64,000 nt of DNA from Chloroflexota bacterium. Lineage in GTDB: Bacteria > Chloroflexota > UBA11872 > VXOZ01. Shown here piece after piece: positions 1 to 9,326 of the stretch. Every line of letters starts with the position of its first letter. Position 1 is the stretch's first letter. The position numbers and the translations under genes were made by a program. The notes beneath the pieces are model-generated. The model had not been told where the DNA came from. It made no database searches and saw nothing but the letters and a program-made list of their open reading frames with translations. The stretch spans positions 576,001 through 640,000 of the forward strand of contig CAXXVD010000002.1 in the NCBI GenBank assembly GCA_963662335.2, given 5' to 3'.

Positions 1-651
1 TGAGGCCCACGGCTCCGGGACCACGTAGGGATGGTGCGGGCCGTTGAAGTCGACGCGCAGGTAGAAGGGTTGGTGGTTGTGGTACTCCCGCAGCAGGCGC
101 ATGCCCTCTTCCGCAAAGTAGTACATCAGGGTACCCTCTGGGGGAAGCTGTTCGGTGCCGGAGATGAGAAACCGCTCGTTGGGATAGTTGGCGTAGACGG
201 CGTCCGGCGGCTCCGGCGGGCGCGCGGGCAGGCCAAGCTGCCGCCGGTAGCCGGCGATGCTCTCCGCGCCCACGTCGTGAAAGCCCCGCGTCTTGGGCTC
301 GCCTTTGCGGCCGATGTGCCACTTGCCCACGTGCCCCAGCCGGTAGCCGGCTTCGTTCAGGAGTTCGCTGTAGGTGATTTCCTCGGCGGGCAGTTCCTCC
401 TGGAGGGTTTCCGGTTGGCTGCAGTTGTTGTAGATGCCGTTATTGTGGGGGTAGCGCCCGGTGACCATGGCTGCCCGCGCCGGCGAACAGATGCCGGCGG
501 GCGTATAGGCTTCGGTATAGTTGATGCCCTCTTGCGCCAGGCGGTCGAGCGTCGGGGTGCGGCAAATGGGACTGCCGTTCGCGCCCACCACGTCAAAGCG
601 CATCTGGTCGACCATGATGTGGAGGATGTTGGGCCGGTTTGTCTGCGACAT
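1..651 (-). CDS. Sulfatase family protein (N-terminal part; runs off window start)
   Basis: Manual translation from ATG 651: MSQTNRPNILHIMVDQMRFD...ICSPARAAMVTG...GKWHIG...PHHPY. Shows the PNIL/D-Q-R start, the C-x-P-x-R formylglycine motif and GKWH. Absent from the ORF track because its stop is outside the window. Confidence 0.9.
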   Translation of the reverse strand, partial: MSQTNRPNILHIMVDQMRFDVVGANGSPICRTPTLDRLAQEGINYTEAYTPAGICSPARAAMVTGRYPHNNGIYNNCSQPETLQEELPAEEITYSELLNEAGYRLGHVGKWHIGRKGEPKTRGFHDVGAESIAGYRRQLGLPARPPEPPDAVYANYPNERFLISGTEQLPPEGTLMYYFAEEGMRLLREYHNHQPFYLRVDFNGPHHPYVVPEPWAS

Positions 652-793
652 GGTGTGAATCCTCGATATCATCTTCTTTGGCGGCGAAACCCTTGGGCTT
701 GGCTAACCAGTATAGCACCGCATTGCACGCTGCCGCTGAATGTGTTACATAGATACCTTAGAGTACTGGCCTTCTAGTGAACAGGAGACAACG

Positions 794-2458
794 ATGTCCC
801 GCATACGACGAATTGGCATCTCGGCAGCCGTTTGGTGGCTTGCGGCTCTCGCGCTGGCGGCGGTTTTGGCCGCGGGCTGCGCCGTGCAGCCGGTATCGAC
901 GCCTGCCGTTGCCGAGCCGGACGACGAAGCGCAGACTATGGCGTTCGTGCGCAAGGCTATTGACTTCTATGAGCAGAATGGCTTGGACGCCACCGTCGCG
1001 CGCTACAACAACGTCGACAGCATCGAAGACGGGCGGGCGTTGCTGCTCATCGACGCCGAAGAGGCCGTGGTGCTGACATCCGCCTTCCGCAACCTCGTGG
1101 GTCAGTTCGTCGGCCCCGGCGCTACCTTCAATATGGTCCAACGCATAGAGACGGCCACCGCTGAGGGCTCTTGGAGAACTTCGCAGGGCACCAACCCGGA
1201 GACCGGCGAGAATGAACCGCGGCGCCGCGTGGTCGTGCTCCACGATGGACTGGTGTTCTCGGCCAGCCACTCGCTGCTGCGGGAGAACGTCGCGGCAGTA
1301 ACGCAGGCGTACGTGCGTCAGGCCATCGAGTACTACCAACGCGAGGGGCTGGACGCCACCATTGCGTACTACAACAGCGGCGCGAGCGTTGAGGACCAGT
1401 TCTACCTCTTCCTGATTGGCGCCGACGACATCTATCTGGCGCATCCAATCTTTCCCCACCTGATTGGCACGGACATCAAGGACGTGGTGGGCAGTGACGG
1501 CCAGGAACTGGGCAAGGAGATCGCCCAGGCGACCGAGGATGGGATCTGGGTCGAGTACCTGTGGCCCCATCCGGTGACGCGATTCGAGCAGCACAAGGTG
1601 GCGTGGGCGCAACGGCACGACGGCATGATCTTTGCTTCCGGCTACTACACGGGAGCGCCGGGGCTCGAACAACCGGCGTGGCGCGGCGCGGACCCGCAAG
1701 AGTACACGGTAGCCTACGTGGAGCGGGCGATCGAGCGCTACAAGGAGGGCGGCCTGGAGGCGCTGCTCAACTACTACAACAGCGTCGCCAGTTTCGAGGG
1801 CCAGTGGTACCTGTTTGCCACGGACGCGGACGACATCTACATCGTGCACCCGCTGTTGTCGCAACTGATTGGCACGGACATCAAGAACGTGGTAGGGAAT
1901 GACGGCTACGAGTTGGGCAAGGAATTGGCGAAAGCCACCGAGGGTGAAGGGGTGTGGGTGGAATACCTGTGGCCGCATCCGGTAAACCTGAAGGAAGCGC
2001 CCAAGGTGGGATACGCGGTGCGCTACGACGGCCTGCTGTTTGCCTCCGGCTACTACGTGGAAGTTGACGACCCCGCGGCGCGGACCAAGGAGTACGTGCA
2101 GGAAGCGATCGCGTACTACGAAGAGAACAGCTTGGACGCGACGGTGAAGCACTACAACTCGGAGGAGAGTTTCGACGGGCAGTGGAATCTCTCGCTGTAC
2201 GATGAGAACAACGTCACCCTTGTTGCTCCCGTCCTTACGCGCACGCTCGGCCTCAGCATCGAGGTGCTCGTGTTGCGGAACGGCCGGGAAATCGGCAAGG
2301 AGATCGTGGCGGCGGCCGAAACGGGCGGCTGGGTCAGCTACCCGGTGCCGAATGCCAGAACGTCGGAGCTCTTGTTTGCGCACCAGTGGGCAATCCGGCA
2401 CGACGGGCTGATCTTCTCGTCGCGCTACTACAACGACCAGCCCGACGTGGCTGAATAA
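794..2458 (+). CDS. Lipoprotein with four tandem single-Cache (sCache_2-like) domains, no output domain
   Basis: AGGAG RBS before ATG 794; signal peptide with lipobox LAAGC; four repeats starting ~AI.YY...GL.AT..YN; central two repeats have YLF...HP..LIG.D..D..G.DG...GKE...WVEYLWPHP...K. Confidence 0.85.
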   Translation: MSRIRRIGISAAVWWLAALALAAVLAAGCAVQPVSTPAVAEPDDEAQTMAFVRKAIDFYEQNGLDATVARYNNVDSIEDGRALLLIDAEEAVVLTSAFRNLVGQFVGPGATFNMVQRIETATAEGSWRTSQGTNPETGENEPRRRVVVLHDGLVFSASHSLLRENVAAVTQAYVRQAIEYYQREGLDATIAYYNSGASVEDQFYLFLIGADDIYLAHPIFPHLIGTDIKDVVGSDGQELGKEIAQATEDGIWVEYLWPHPVTRFEQHKVAWAQRHDGMIFASGYYTGAPGLEQPAWRGADPQEYTVAYVERAIERYKEGGLEALLNYYNSVASFEGQWYLFATDADDIYIVHPLLSQLIGTDIKNVVGNDGYELGKELAKATEGEGVWVEYLWPHPVNLKEAPKVGYAVRYDGLLFASGYYVEVDDPAARTKEYVQEAIAYYEENSLDATVKHYNSEESFDGQWNLSLYDENNVTLVAPVLTRTLGLSIEVLVLRNGREIGKEIVAAAETGGWVSYPVPNARTSELLFAHQWAIRHDGLIFSSRYYNDQPDVAE

Positions 2459-2520
2459 GTGCGGCAGGGCAGCGCGGCGCGGGCGGTATCCCCGCGCTGA
2501 GCAAGTTGACAATCTGGCAC

Positions 2521-2760
2521 GAAGGCGTAGGGGCACGACATGTCGTGCCCCTACGCCTTTTGGTGTGCGCCCCTACGCCGTCTGAATGCTCAGTAATCAC
2601 GATGCCCCGAAAGTAGCGCCGTGGCCTCCGTCATTGCCGCGAACGCGGGAACCCATCTTCGTCTCGCGCACGGTGGATTCCCACGTTCGCGGGTGTGACG
2701 GCCGGCCCCTCGTTTTCATTCCCCTGGGTGGCCGGCGGTCACGGGCAACGAGCATTAGCG
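2521..2760. repeat. REP-like palindrome cluster
   Basis: GTAGGGGCACGACATGTCGTGCCCCTAC at 2527-2554, plus a degenerate inverted pair of the GTCATTCCCGCGAA-GCGGGAATCC family at about 2630-2700. Confidence 0.85.
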
Positions 2761-2871
2761 CCAGACTGCGGCGCATTGGGTTTTGATTGTGGCGGCAATT
2801 GCTGCTATTGTACGTCTAGCTGGGTCAACAATAGACTCCGAGTGAGAATTCTGCGCCAAGAGGAGGCGACT

Positions 2872-4575
2872 ATGGCACGTATCCGGCAATTTGGAGTCCA
2901 ACGAGCAGCCGCCTGGCTGGCGGCGCTGGCGCTCGTAGCCGTGCTCGCGGCGGGCTGCGCGGTCGCGCCCGCGACAGCGCCCGCGCTCACGGAGCCGGAG
3001 GCCGTTGTCGTCGATTTGGAAGAGGAAGCGCTCACGCTGGCCTACGTGCGCAAGGCCATCGAATTCTTCGCTGAGAACGGCCTGGAGGCCACGATCGAGC
3101 GCTACAGCAGCAAGGACAGCGTGGAAGGCGAACGGGCGTTGGTCCTCATCAACGCGGAAGACGGCATTGTGCTGGCCTATCAACCGGTGCCGTTCGTAGT
3201 GGGAGATTACGCGGGGCCGGGCGGGCGGTACCCCGACATGGCGCTCTTGCTGGAAAACGCCACCGCTGAAGGATTCTGGATTTCGATGCGGGGTCTGAAT
3301 CCGGTCTCGCTGCAGGTAGAACCCCGGCGTCTCGTCGGCGTAATTCACGAGGGACTGCTGTTTTCGGCCGGCCACTCGGCGTTGGTGGAAAACGTCCAGG
3401 AAGCGACCCAGGAATACGTGCGCGCCGCGATCGAGCGCTACCAGAGCGCCGGACTGGACGCGACCGTCGCCTACTACAACAGCCAGGGTAGCGTGGAAGG
3501 CCAGTTCTATCTGTTCCTGATCGACGCCAACGACATCTATCTGGCGCATCCGGTCTTTCCGCACCTGATTGGCACGGACATCAAGGACGTGGTGGGCAGC
3601 GACGGCCAGGAATTGGGCAAGGAGATCGCGCAGGCGACTGAGGACGGCGCGTGGGTCGAGTACCTGTGGCCGCATCCGGTGACGCGGTTCGAACAGAAGA
3701 AGGTAACCTGGGCGCAGCGGCACGACGGCTTGCTCTTCGCGTCCGGCTACTACTTGGGCGAGCCGGAGACCGATACGCCGCCGTGGCGCGGCGCGGACCC
3801 GCGGGAATACACGGTGGCCTACGTGGAGCGGGCGATCGAGCGCTACAAGGCGGGCGGCCTGGAGTCGCTGCTGAACTACTACAACAGCGTCGCCAGTTTC
3901 GAGGGCCAGTGGTACCTGTTCGGTACGGACGCGGACGACATCTACATCGTGCACCCGCTCCTGCCGCAACTGTTGGGGACGGACATCAAGGACGTGGTGG
4001 GGCAAGACGGGTTCGAGTTGGGCAAGGAATTGGCGAAAGCCACCGAGGGAGAAGGCGTGTGGGTGGAATACCTCTGGCCCCATCCGGTGACCCTGCAGGA
4101 AGTGCCCAAAGTGGGGTACGCCGTGCGCTACGACGGTTTGCTCTTTGCCTCAGGCTACTACCCGGCGGTGGAGGACCCGGTAGCGCACACGCATGAGTAC
4201 GTGCAGAAGGCAATCGCATACTACGAGGAGAACGGCCTGGAAGCGACCGTGGCGCACTACAGCGACCCGGCGAGTTTCGACGGCCAGTGGAACCTGGTGC
4301 TGGTGAATGAGGACGGCTACGTGATTGTCTCCGGCCTGCTGGCGGGCGTGCTCGGCAGCCAGGTCGAAGACTTGGAGACAAGTGACGGCAGGAAGTTCGG
4401 CCAAGAGGCGGCGGCGGCGGCGCGCCAGGGCGGCGGTTGGGTCAGTTTCCCGTACACGGTGCCCGGCGCGACCGAGAGCGTGTACGCGCACTACTGGGCA
4501 ATCGAGCATGAAGGGCTGATATTCGCGTCGGTCTACTACGACGAGTTGCCCGACGTGCCTGAAGGGGCCGAATAG
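2872..4575 (+). CDS. Paralogous four-Cache-domain lipoprotein
   Basis: AGGAGG RBS before ATG 2872; lipobox LAAGC; same architecture as 794..2458 with near-identical central domains. Confidence 0.85.
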   Translation: MARIRQFGVQRAAAWLAALALVAVLAAGCAVAPATAPALTEPEAVVVDLEEEALTLAYVRKAIEFFAENGLEATIERYSSKDSVEGERALVLINAEDGIVLAYQPVPFVVGDYAGPGGRYPDMALLLENATAEGFWISMRGLNPVSLQVEPRRLVGVIHEGLLFSAGHSALVENVQEATQEYVRAAIERYQSAGLDATVAYYNSQGSVEGQFYLFLIDANDIYLAHPVFPHLIGTDIKDVVGSDGQELGKEIAQATEDGAWVEYLWPHPVTRFEQKKVTWAQRHDGLLFASGYYLGEPETDTPPWRGADPREYTVAYVERAIERYKAGGLESLLNYYNSVASFEGQWYLFGTDADDIYIVHPLLPQLLGTDIKDVVGQDGFELGKELAKATEGEGVWVEYLWPHPVTLQEVPKVGYAVRYDGLLFASGYYPAVEDPVAHTHEYVQKAIAYYEENGLEATVAHYSDPASFDGQWNLVLVNEDGYVIVSGLLAGVLGSQVEDLETSDGRKFGQEAAAAARQGGGWVSFPYTVPGATESVYAHYWAIEHEGLIFASVYYDELPDVPEGAE

Positions 4576-4662
4576 GGAAGCCGGCCATTCTCATTCGCGC
4601 GCGGACGCTGGGGACGGTTGACGTCTCCGCGTTGCGCCGGCGCGGCGCACACGACGATACGC

Positions 4663-4692
4663 GAGAGGCGGGGGCATGCCCCCGCCTCTTTG
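4663..4692 (+). terminator. Putative intrinsic terminator after second Cache gene
   Basis: Perfect palindrome AGAGGCGGGGGCATGCCCCCGCCTCT followed by TTG. Confidence 0.5.
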
Positions 4693-4702
4693 CATTTGAA
4701 GA

Positions 4703-4985
4703 GTAGCGCGGGGGCTTACCCTCAATGTTGCCGCATTAACGTAGCGCGGGGGCTTGTCCCCCGCCTGTTGTGACGCGCCGCCCGTCGGCGTAGGGGCACG
4801 ACATGTCGTGCCCCTACGCCGACGGGAAGATAAGATGGATTCCCGCGAACGCGGGAATCCATCTTGTCTGACGCGTTGCCACGAGCGGATGGATTCCCGC
4901 GTTCGCGGGAATGACGGATTTCGATGCGCCGTTATCGTGGCTATGTCCCCACAGCGGCGCAGGTTGCAAACCTACGCTACCGGGG
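4703..4985. repeat. Mosaic REP-like cluster
   Basis: GTAGCGCGGGGGCTTGTCCCCCGC (4741-4764), GTAGGGGCACGACATGTCGTGCCCCTAC (4790-4817), GGATTCCCGC..GCGGGAAT copies (about 4837-4915), GCGCAGGTTGCAAACCTACGCTAC (about 4957-4980). Confidence 0.85.
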
Positions 4986-4994
4986 ACGGACGGC

Positions 4995-6083
4995 TTAGCG
5001 AAACTGCGGCACATCCAGCCAGACGCCGCCTTGCATGGCGGCGTCGTGGGCCACGATGCCGGGCGCGGTGAATTCGACGGCGCGGACGGCGTCGATGGGC
5101 GCTTTCGCGCCGCTGTCGATGGCGGCGATGAAGTCTTGCACCATGAAGAACTCGGACGTGCCGTGGCCGCCGTGCCGGGCTTCCGGCGGCGCGTTGGGGT
5201 CAACCGTCGGGCAGGCGATTTCTTCCGCGCCGGTCTGCTTGGACATGGTGTCCACGTTGAAGTAGCGGCCGGTGGAGGCGGCGTCCGCGATGTGGCGGCC
5301 GTTCTCGATGAAGCCTTTGGCGCCGTAGATCGTGTAGTAGACCGAGTGCGGGTGCCGGTGCGCCACCTGGCTGCGCAGGATCTTGACCACGTGGCCTTTC
5401 GCGGTCTGGAAGAGTCCCACTTCCATATCCAGGTGGCCGAGGTCCGCTTCGTCCGGGTGCATGTTGCGGCCGGCGGACGCGCCGGTGGCCTTCACAATGC
5501 GGTCGTCCATGAGCGTGAGCACCGGGCCCAGGGTGTGGGCGCAGTACCAGATCGGCGCGCGGGGCAGCCGCCATTTGGGCGCGCCGGTGTCCGGATCGCG
5601 CAGCAGGTCGGCGATTTCGTGGACGTACTCGGCTTCCGCGTAGAAGAGCGTGCCCAGGTCGCCCCGCGCGACGAGCTTGCGCCACTCGAGAATATAGTGA
5701 AAGTAGCAGTAGTTCTCCGCCATCATGTAGACCTTGCCGGTGCGCTCTTGCGCGTCGATGACTGCCGCGCATTCGTCCAGGGTGTAGGCCACGGTCTGCT
5801 CGCAGAGCACGTGCTTGCCGCTCTCCAGGGCGGCGATGGACTGCGCCGCGTGAAACTCGATGGGCGTGGCGATGACAACGACGTCCAGCGGGGCGTTGAC
5901 GAAGTCGTCGAACGCGGTGTAGAGGCGGTTGCCGGGAAGGTTGAAGTCTTGCGCTAGAGCGGCAAGCGTATCCTCTTTGAGATCGCAGAGCGCCGCTACT
6001 TCTACGCGCGGGTGCGCGGCCAGGGCGCGCACCAACCCCCCGCCCCGGCGGAGGCCGACGAAGCCGACTTGGAGCTTAGTCAT
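4995..6083 (-). CDS. Gfo/Idh/MocA family oxidoreductase
   Basis: VGFVGLRRGG Rossmann start; VVVIATP..FHA; GKHVLCEQ (EKP-equivalent); GGHG near C-terminus; AAAGG RBS before ATG 6083. Confidence 0.9.
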   Translation of the reverse strand: MTKLQVGFVGLRRGGGLVRALAAHPRVEVAALCDLKEDTLAALAQDFNLPGNRLYTAFDDFVNAPLDVVVIATPIEFHAAQSIAALESGKHVLCEQTVAYTLDECAAVIDAQERTGKVYMMAENYCYFHYILEWRKLVARGDLGTLFYAEAEYVHEIADLLRDPDTGAPKWRLPRAPIWYCAHTLGPVLTLMDDRIVKATGASAGRNMHPDEADLGHLDMEVGLFQTAKGHVVKILRSQVAHRHPHSVYYTIYGAKGFIENGRHIADAASTGRYFNVDTMSKQTGAEEIACPTVDPNAPPEARHGGHGTSEFFMVQDFIAAIDSGAKAPIDAVRAVEFTAPGIVAHDAAMQGGVWLDVPQFR

Positions 6084-6129
6084 TGATTTGCCTTTCTGCG
6101 AATCCCCGATTTCGTCCCGTGCTTCCGAT

Positions 6130-6290
6130 ATCGTCATTCCCGTGCGGGCGGGGAGCAATCCCCACGGCGCAGACGGTCGCATTTACGAGGCGGGGCGCGA
6201 GGCCTCGCGCCAGATTCCGGTAGGGGCGGTTCGCGAACCGCCCCTACCGGCGCCGCAAGCCGAGCGGGGGACAAGCCCCCGCGCTACGGG
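6130..6290. repeat. REP-like palindrome cluster
   Basis: GTAGGGGCGGTTCGCGAACCGCCCCTAC (6220-6247); GCGGGGGACAAGCCCCCGCGCTAC (about 6264-6287). Confidence 0.8.
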
Positions 6291-6310
6291 ATCTTCGTAG
6301 GTTAATTGCA

Positions 6311-6345
6311 GGAGGGGCGTCAGAATGAGTGACGCCCCTCCCCTT
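6311..6345. terminator. Hairpin downstream of molybdoenzyme large subunit
   Basis: GGAGGGGCGTCA-gaatgag-TGACGCCCCTCC, 12-bp stem. Confidence 0.45.
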
Positions 6346-6366
6346 TCACTTGCGTTGGTTGCGGCG

Positions 6367-8688
6367 CTACGCGGAAGGCCGTCCGTTCGTTCTGGCGTCC
6401 CGCAGGGCCATCACGATGCGTTCCGGCGTCAGCGGCATGTTGTGCAGCGGGATGCCGAGGGCGTCGCTGATCGCGCTGGTGATCGCCGCGCCCGGCGGCA
6501 CGATGCTCGGCTCGCCCACGATGCGGGTGCCGCGCCAGCCGTAGGGATTGTGTTTCTCCACAATCACGGCGTCCACGTCCGGCACGTCCGCCGCCGTGGG
6601 CAGGCGGTAGTCGAGCAGGCCGGGATTGCGCACGCGGCCGTCCTCGTCGTAGACGATTTCCTCCAGCAGCGCGTAGCCGACGCCCTGGATGGTGCCGCCT
6701 TGAATCTGGCCTTTCACCGAGAGCGGGTTGATGGCGAAACCGGCGTCCTGCACCCCCACCAGATTGAGGATGGTGACCAGGCCGGTCTCGGTATCGACTT
6801 CCACGTCGGCAATCGTGCCGGCGAAACCCGGGTTGCCGCGCGCCGGCTTGCCGTGGCCGGTGCCGATGATGGGGCCGTTGGCCGAACCGACCGCTTCATC
6901 GGCAATGCGCCGGTAAGTGACGTAGCGCTCCGGGTCGTCGTGCGCCCACATCTTGCCGTCGTCGAACGCGATGTCGTCGGCGTCCGCGCCCAGCCGCTGC
7001 GCCGCCACCGCCTTCATTTGCCGCAGCACGTCCGCGGCGGCGGCGGCGGTCGAGAGGCTCATCGTGTACGTCACCTGGCTGCCGCCGGCCACCGGGCCGA
7101 ACGGCGCTTCGTTCGTGTCGCCCAGGTGCACGCTCACGAATTCCAGCGGCACGCGCAACTCCTCGGCGGCAACCTGCGCGATGGACGTCGTGTTGCCGGT
7201 GAGGTTGATGGTGCCGACCAGCACGCTGAAGGAGCCGTCCGCTTCCAGCTTGATGGTGGCGGCGGAACCGCCCGCGCCGCCGGACCAGCAGCCGATAGCC
7301 ATACCGCGGCCGCGGGGCTTGCCGTTGGCGCCCCGTTCCAGGGGGGTACTCCAGACTTCGTGGTTTCCGATGGCTTCCAGCACCTCCACCGCGCCCACGT
7401 TGGGCAGGGGCTGGCCGTTGGGCCAGCGGTCGCCTTCGCCGATCGCGTTGCGCAGGCGGAAGTCCACCGGGTCCATGCCCAGTTTCTGGGCGACCCAGTT
7501 CATGACGTTCTCCACGGCGTGGGCGGAATTCGGCGCGCCCGGCGCGCGGTACGCGCCCACGCTCACCTTGTTGGTGAGCACTTCTAGGCCTTCCAATTCC
7601 ATGTTGGGGAAGACGTAGCAACTGCCCAGCAGCATGGTGGCGGTGGACATGGGCGAGCCGGGATACGCGCCGGTGTCCATGACCACGCGGCCCTGCAGGG
7701 CGGTCAGCGTGCCGTCGCTCTTCGCGCCAATCTTTACGTCAATCACGGAGGCCGGCGCGGGATTGGCGGCCACGAGTTCCTCGCTGCGGCTCCACACGAC
7801 TTTTACGGGCTTGCGCGCTTTCTTGGAGAGAATGGCGGGAATGGGCGCGAGCAGCGTCATCTTGCCGCCAAAGCCGCCGCCGATGGCGGTGCCCTGCACG
7901 ATCACCTTGTGGGCCGGCAGCTTGAGCAAACGCGCCACCGTATCCCGCACGTAGAATTGCCCCTGGGAGGTGACCCACATCTTCATGTCGCCCGACGGCG
8001 AGTAGTCGGCCAGCGCGGCATGGGGCTCGAGGTAGGTCTGGTGCACCATGGCCGCCGTGAAGCGGCCTTCCTCGATGACGTCCGCTTCCGCGAAGCCCGC
8101 GTCGATATCGCCGCGCGAAAACTGGACCTGGGATGAGACGTTGCCGGATTCATCCAGGTCTTCCGCGGACGACGCCACGGAAGAGTGGAAGGACATCTCG
8201 GTGCGGTCAATCTCGCCGCCGTCGCCGTGGCGAATCACCGGCGCATCCGGTTCCATGGCTGCCAGCGGGTCCAGGACGTGGGGCAATGGCTCGTAGTCGA
8301 CTTCGATGAGTTCCAGGGCCGCTTCGGCGTCCTCCATGGTGACGGCGGCGACGGCGGCCACGGCCTCGCCCAGGAAGAGGGCGAAGTCACCGGCAAAGAC
8401 GTTGTGCGGGCGGGAGGTGGGTTCCACCACGTCGTCGTCGAAGTCGGCGGCGGTGGCCACCGATACGACGCCTGGAGCCTCCAGCGCCTTGGTGTAGTCG
8501 ATGCTCCTGATGCGGGCGTGGGCGTAGGGGCTGCGCAGGATCGCGCCCCACAGCATACCGGGCAGGGAAAAGTCCGCGCCAAACTTGGCCGCGCCGGTGA
8601 CGTTTTCGATGCCGTCAACGCGGCTTACCGGCTGGTTGGCGACGCGCAGCGCGGTCTTCTCTTGCGGTCGATCCACCACTTTTGCCAT
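6367..8688 (-). CDS. Xanthine dehydrogenase/aldehyde oxidoreductase family molybdopterin-binding large subunit (CoxL/CutL-like)
   Basis: LRSPYAHARI, GGGFGGK, AYRAPG active-site loop, QIQGG..QG.G, GEP motifs; GAGGAGG RBS. Confidence 0.93.
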   Translation of the reverse strand: MAKVVDRPQEKTALRVANQPVSRVDGIENVTGAAKFGADFSLPGMLWGAILRSPYAHARIRSIDYTKALEAPGVVSVATAADFDDDVVEPTSRPHNVFAGDFALFLGEAVAAVAAVTMEDAEAALELIEVDYEPLPHVLDPLAAMEPDAPVIRHGDGGEIDRTEMSFHSSVASSAEDLDESGNVSSQVQFSRGDIDAGFAEADVIEEGRFTAAMVHQTYLEPHAALADYSPSGDMKMWVTSQGQFYVRDTVARLLKLPAHKVIVQGTAIGGGFGGKMTLLAPIPAILSKKARKPVKVVWSRSEELVAANPAPASVIDVKIGAKSDGTLTALQGRVVMDTGAYPGSPMSTATMLLGSCYVFPNMELEGLEVLTNKVSVGAYRAPGAPNSAHAVENVMNWVAQKLGMDPVDFRLRNAIGEGDRWPNGQPLPNVGAVEVLEAIGNHEVWSTPLERGANGKPRGRGMAIGCWSGGAGGSAATIKLEADGSFSVLVGTINLTGNTTSIAQVAAEELRVPLEFVSVHLGDTNEAPFGPVAGGSQVTYTMSLSTAAAAADVLRQMKAVAAQRLGADADDIAFDDGKMWAHDDPERYVTYRRIADEAVGSANGPIIGTGHGKPARGNPGFAGTIADVEVDTETGLVTILNLVGVQDAGFAINPLSVKGQIQGGTIQGVGYALLEEIVYDEDGRVRNPGLLDYRLPTAADVPDVDAVIVEKHNPYGWRGTRIVGEPSIVPPGAAITSAISDALGIPLHNMPLTPERIVMALRDARTNGRPSA

Positions 8689-8755
8689 GGTCTTCCTCCT
8701 CGCGGATGCTAGTGCTTCGGATTGCGGCGGCGGCGCGGCCGCCGCGGCGTTGGCA

Positions 8756-9280
8756 TCATTCGCCTTCAGGCTCCGGCACCAGTTCTTGCGGTTCCGGAGA
8801 TACTTCGATGCGTTCCACTTTGCCGTCGATGACGGAGTGCAGGGCGCTCACGATCGTTTCGTAGCCGGTGCAGCGGCAGAGATTGCCAGCGACGCCCATG
8901 CGCAATTCGTCGTCGGTGGGATTGGGGTTGTCGCGCAGGTAGGCGGTGGCCATGACCACGAAGCCGGGCGTGCAGATGCCGCACTGGGTCGCGCCGGCGC
9001 TCACGAAAGCCGACTGCACCGCGTTCAGCTTGTCGTCGCTCACCAGCCCCTCGACGGTCGTGACCGCCGCGCCCTCGGCTTCCACGGCCAGGGTCAGGCA
9101 GGAGTGGTGCGGGTCGCCGTCGACGAGCACGGTGCACGCGCCGCAGTCGCCGGTGCCGCAGCCCTCCTTGGCGCCGGTGAGGCCGAGGTCCTCGCGCAGG
9201 AAGTCGAGCAGCCGCACCTGCGGCTCCACGATGCGCTTCACCGCGACGCCGTTTACGGTCAGTTGCAACGGATAGTCCAT
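8756..9280 (-). CDS. (2Fe-2S) small subunit (CoxS/CutS-like)
   Basis: GCGTGDCGAC...SC and QCGICTPG...NLCRCTGY; GGAGG RBS before ATG 9280 (alternative start 9298). Confidence 0.93.
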   Translation of the reverse strand: MDYPLQLTVNGVAVKRIVEPQVRLLDFLREDLGLTGAKEGCGTGDCGACTVLVDGDPHHSCLTLAVEAEGAAVTTVEGLVSDDKLNAVQSAFVSAGATQCGICTPGFVVMATAYLRDNPNPTDDELRMGVAGNLCRCTGYETIVSALHSVIDGKVERIEVSPEPQELVPEPEGE

Positions 9281-9326
9281 CGCTTGTGCTGCCTCCAAAG
9301 TTTCAGGTAGTGGGTGTGCGGCGCAA

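Noticed and set aside
6084-6182. N-terminal extensions in the ORF track (also 2695, 10409, 33217, 37033, 37706, 53749, 58577)
   Set aside because: They run through REP, tRNA or upstream-gene sequence; downstream starts fit RBS and/or domain boundaries better.
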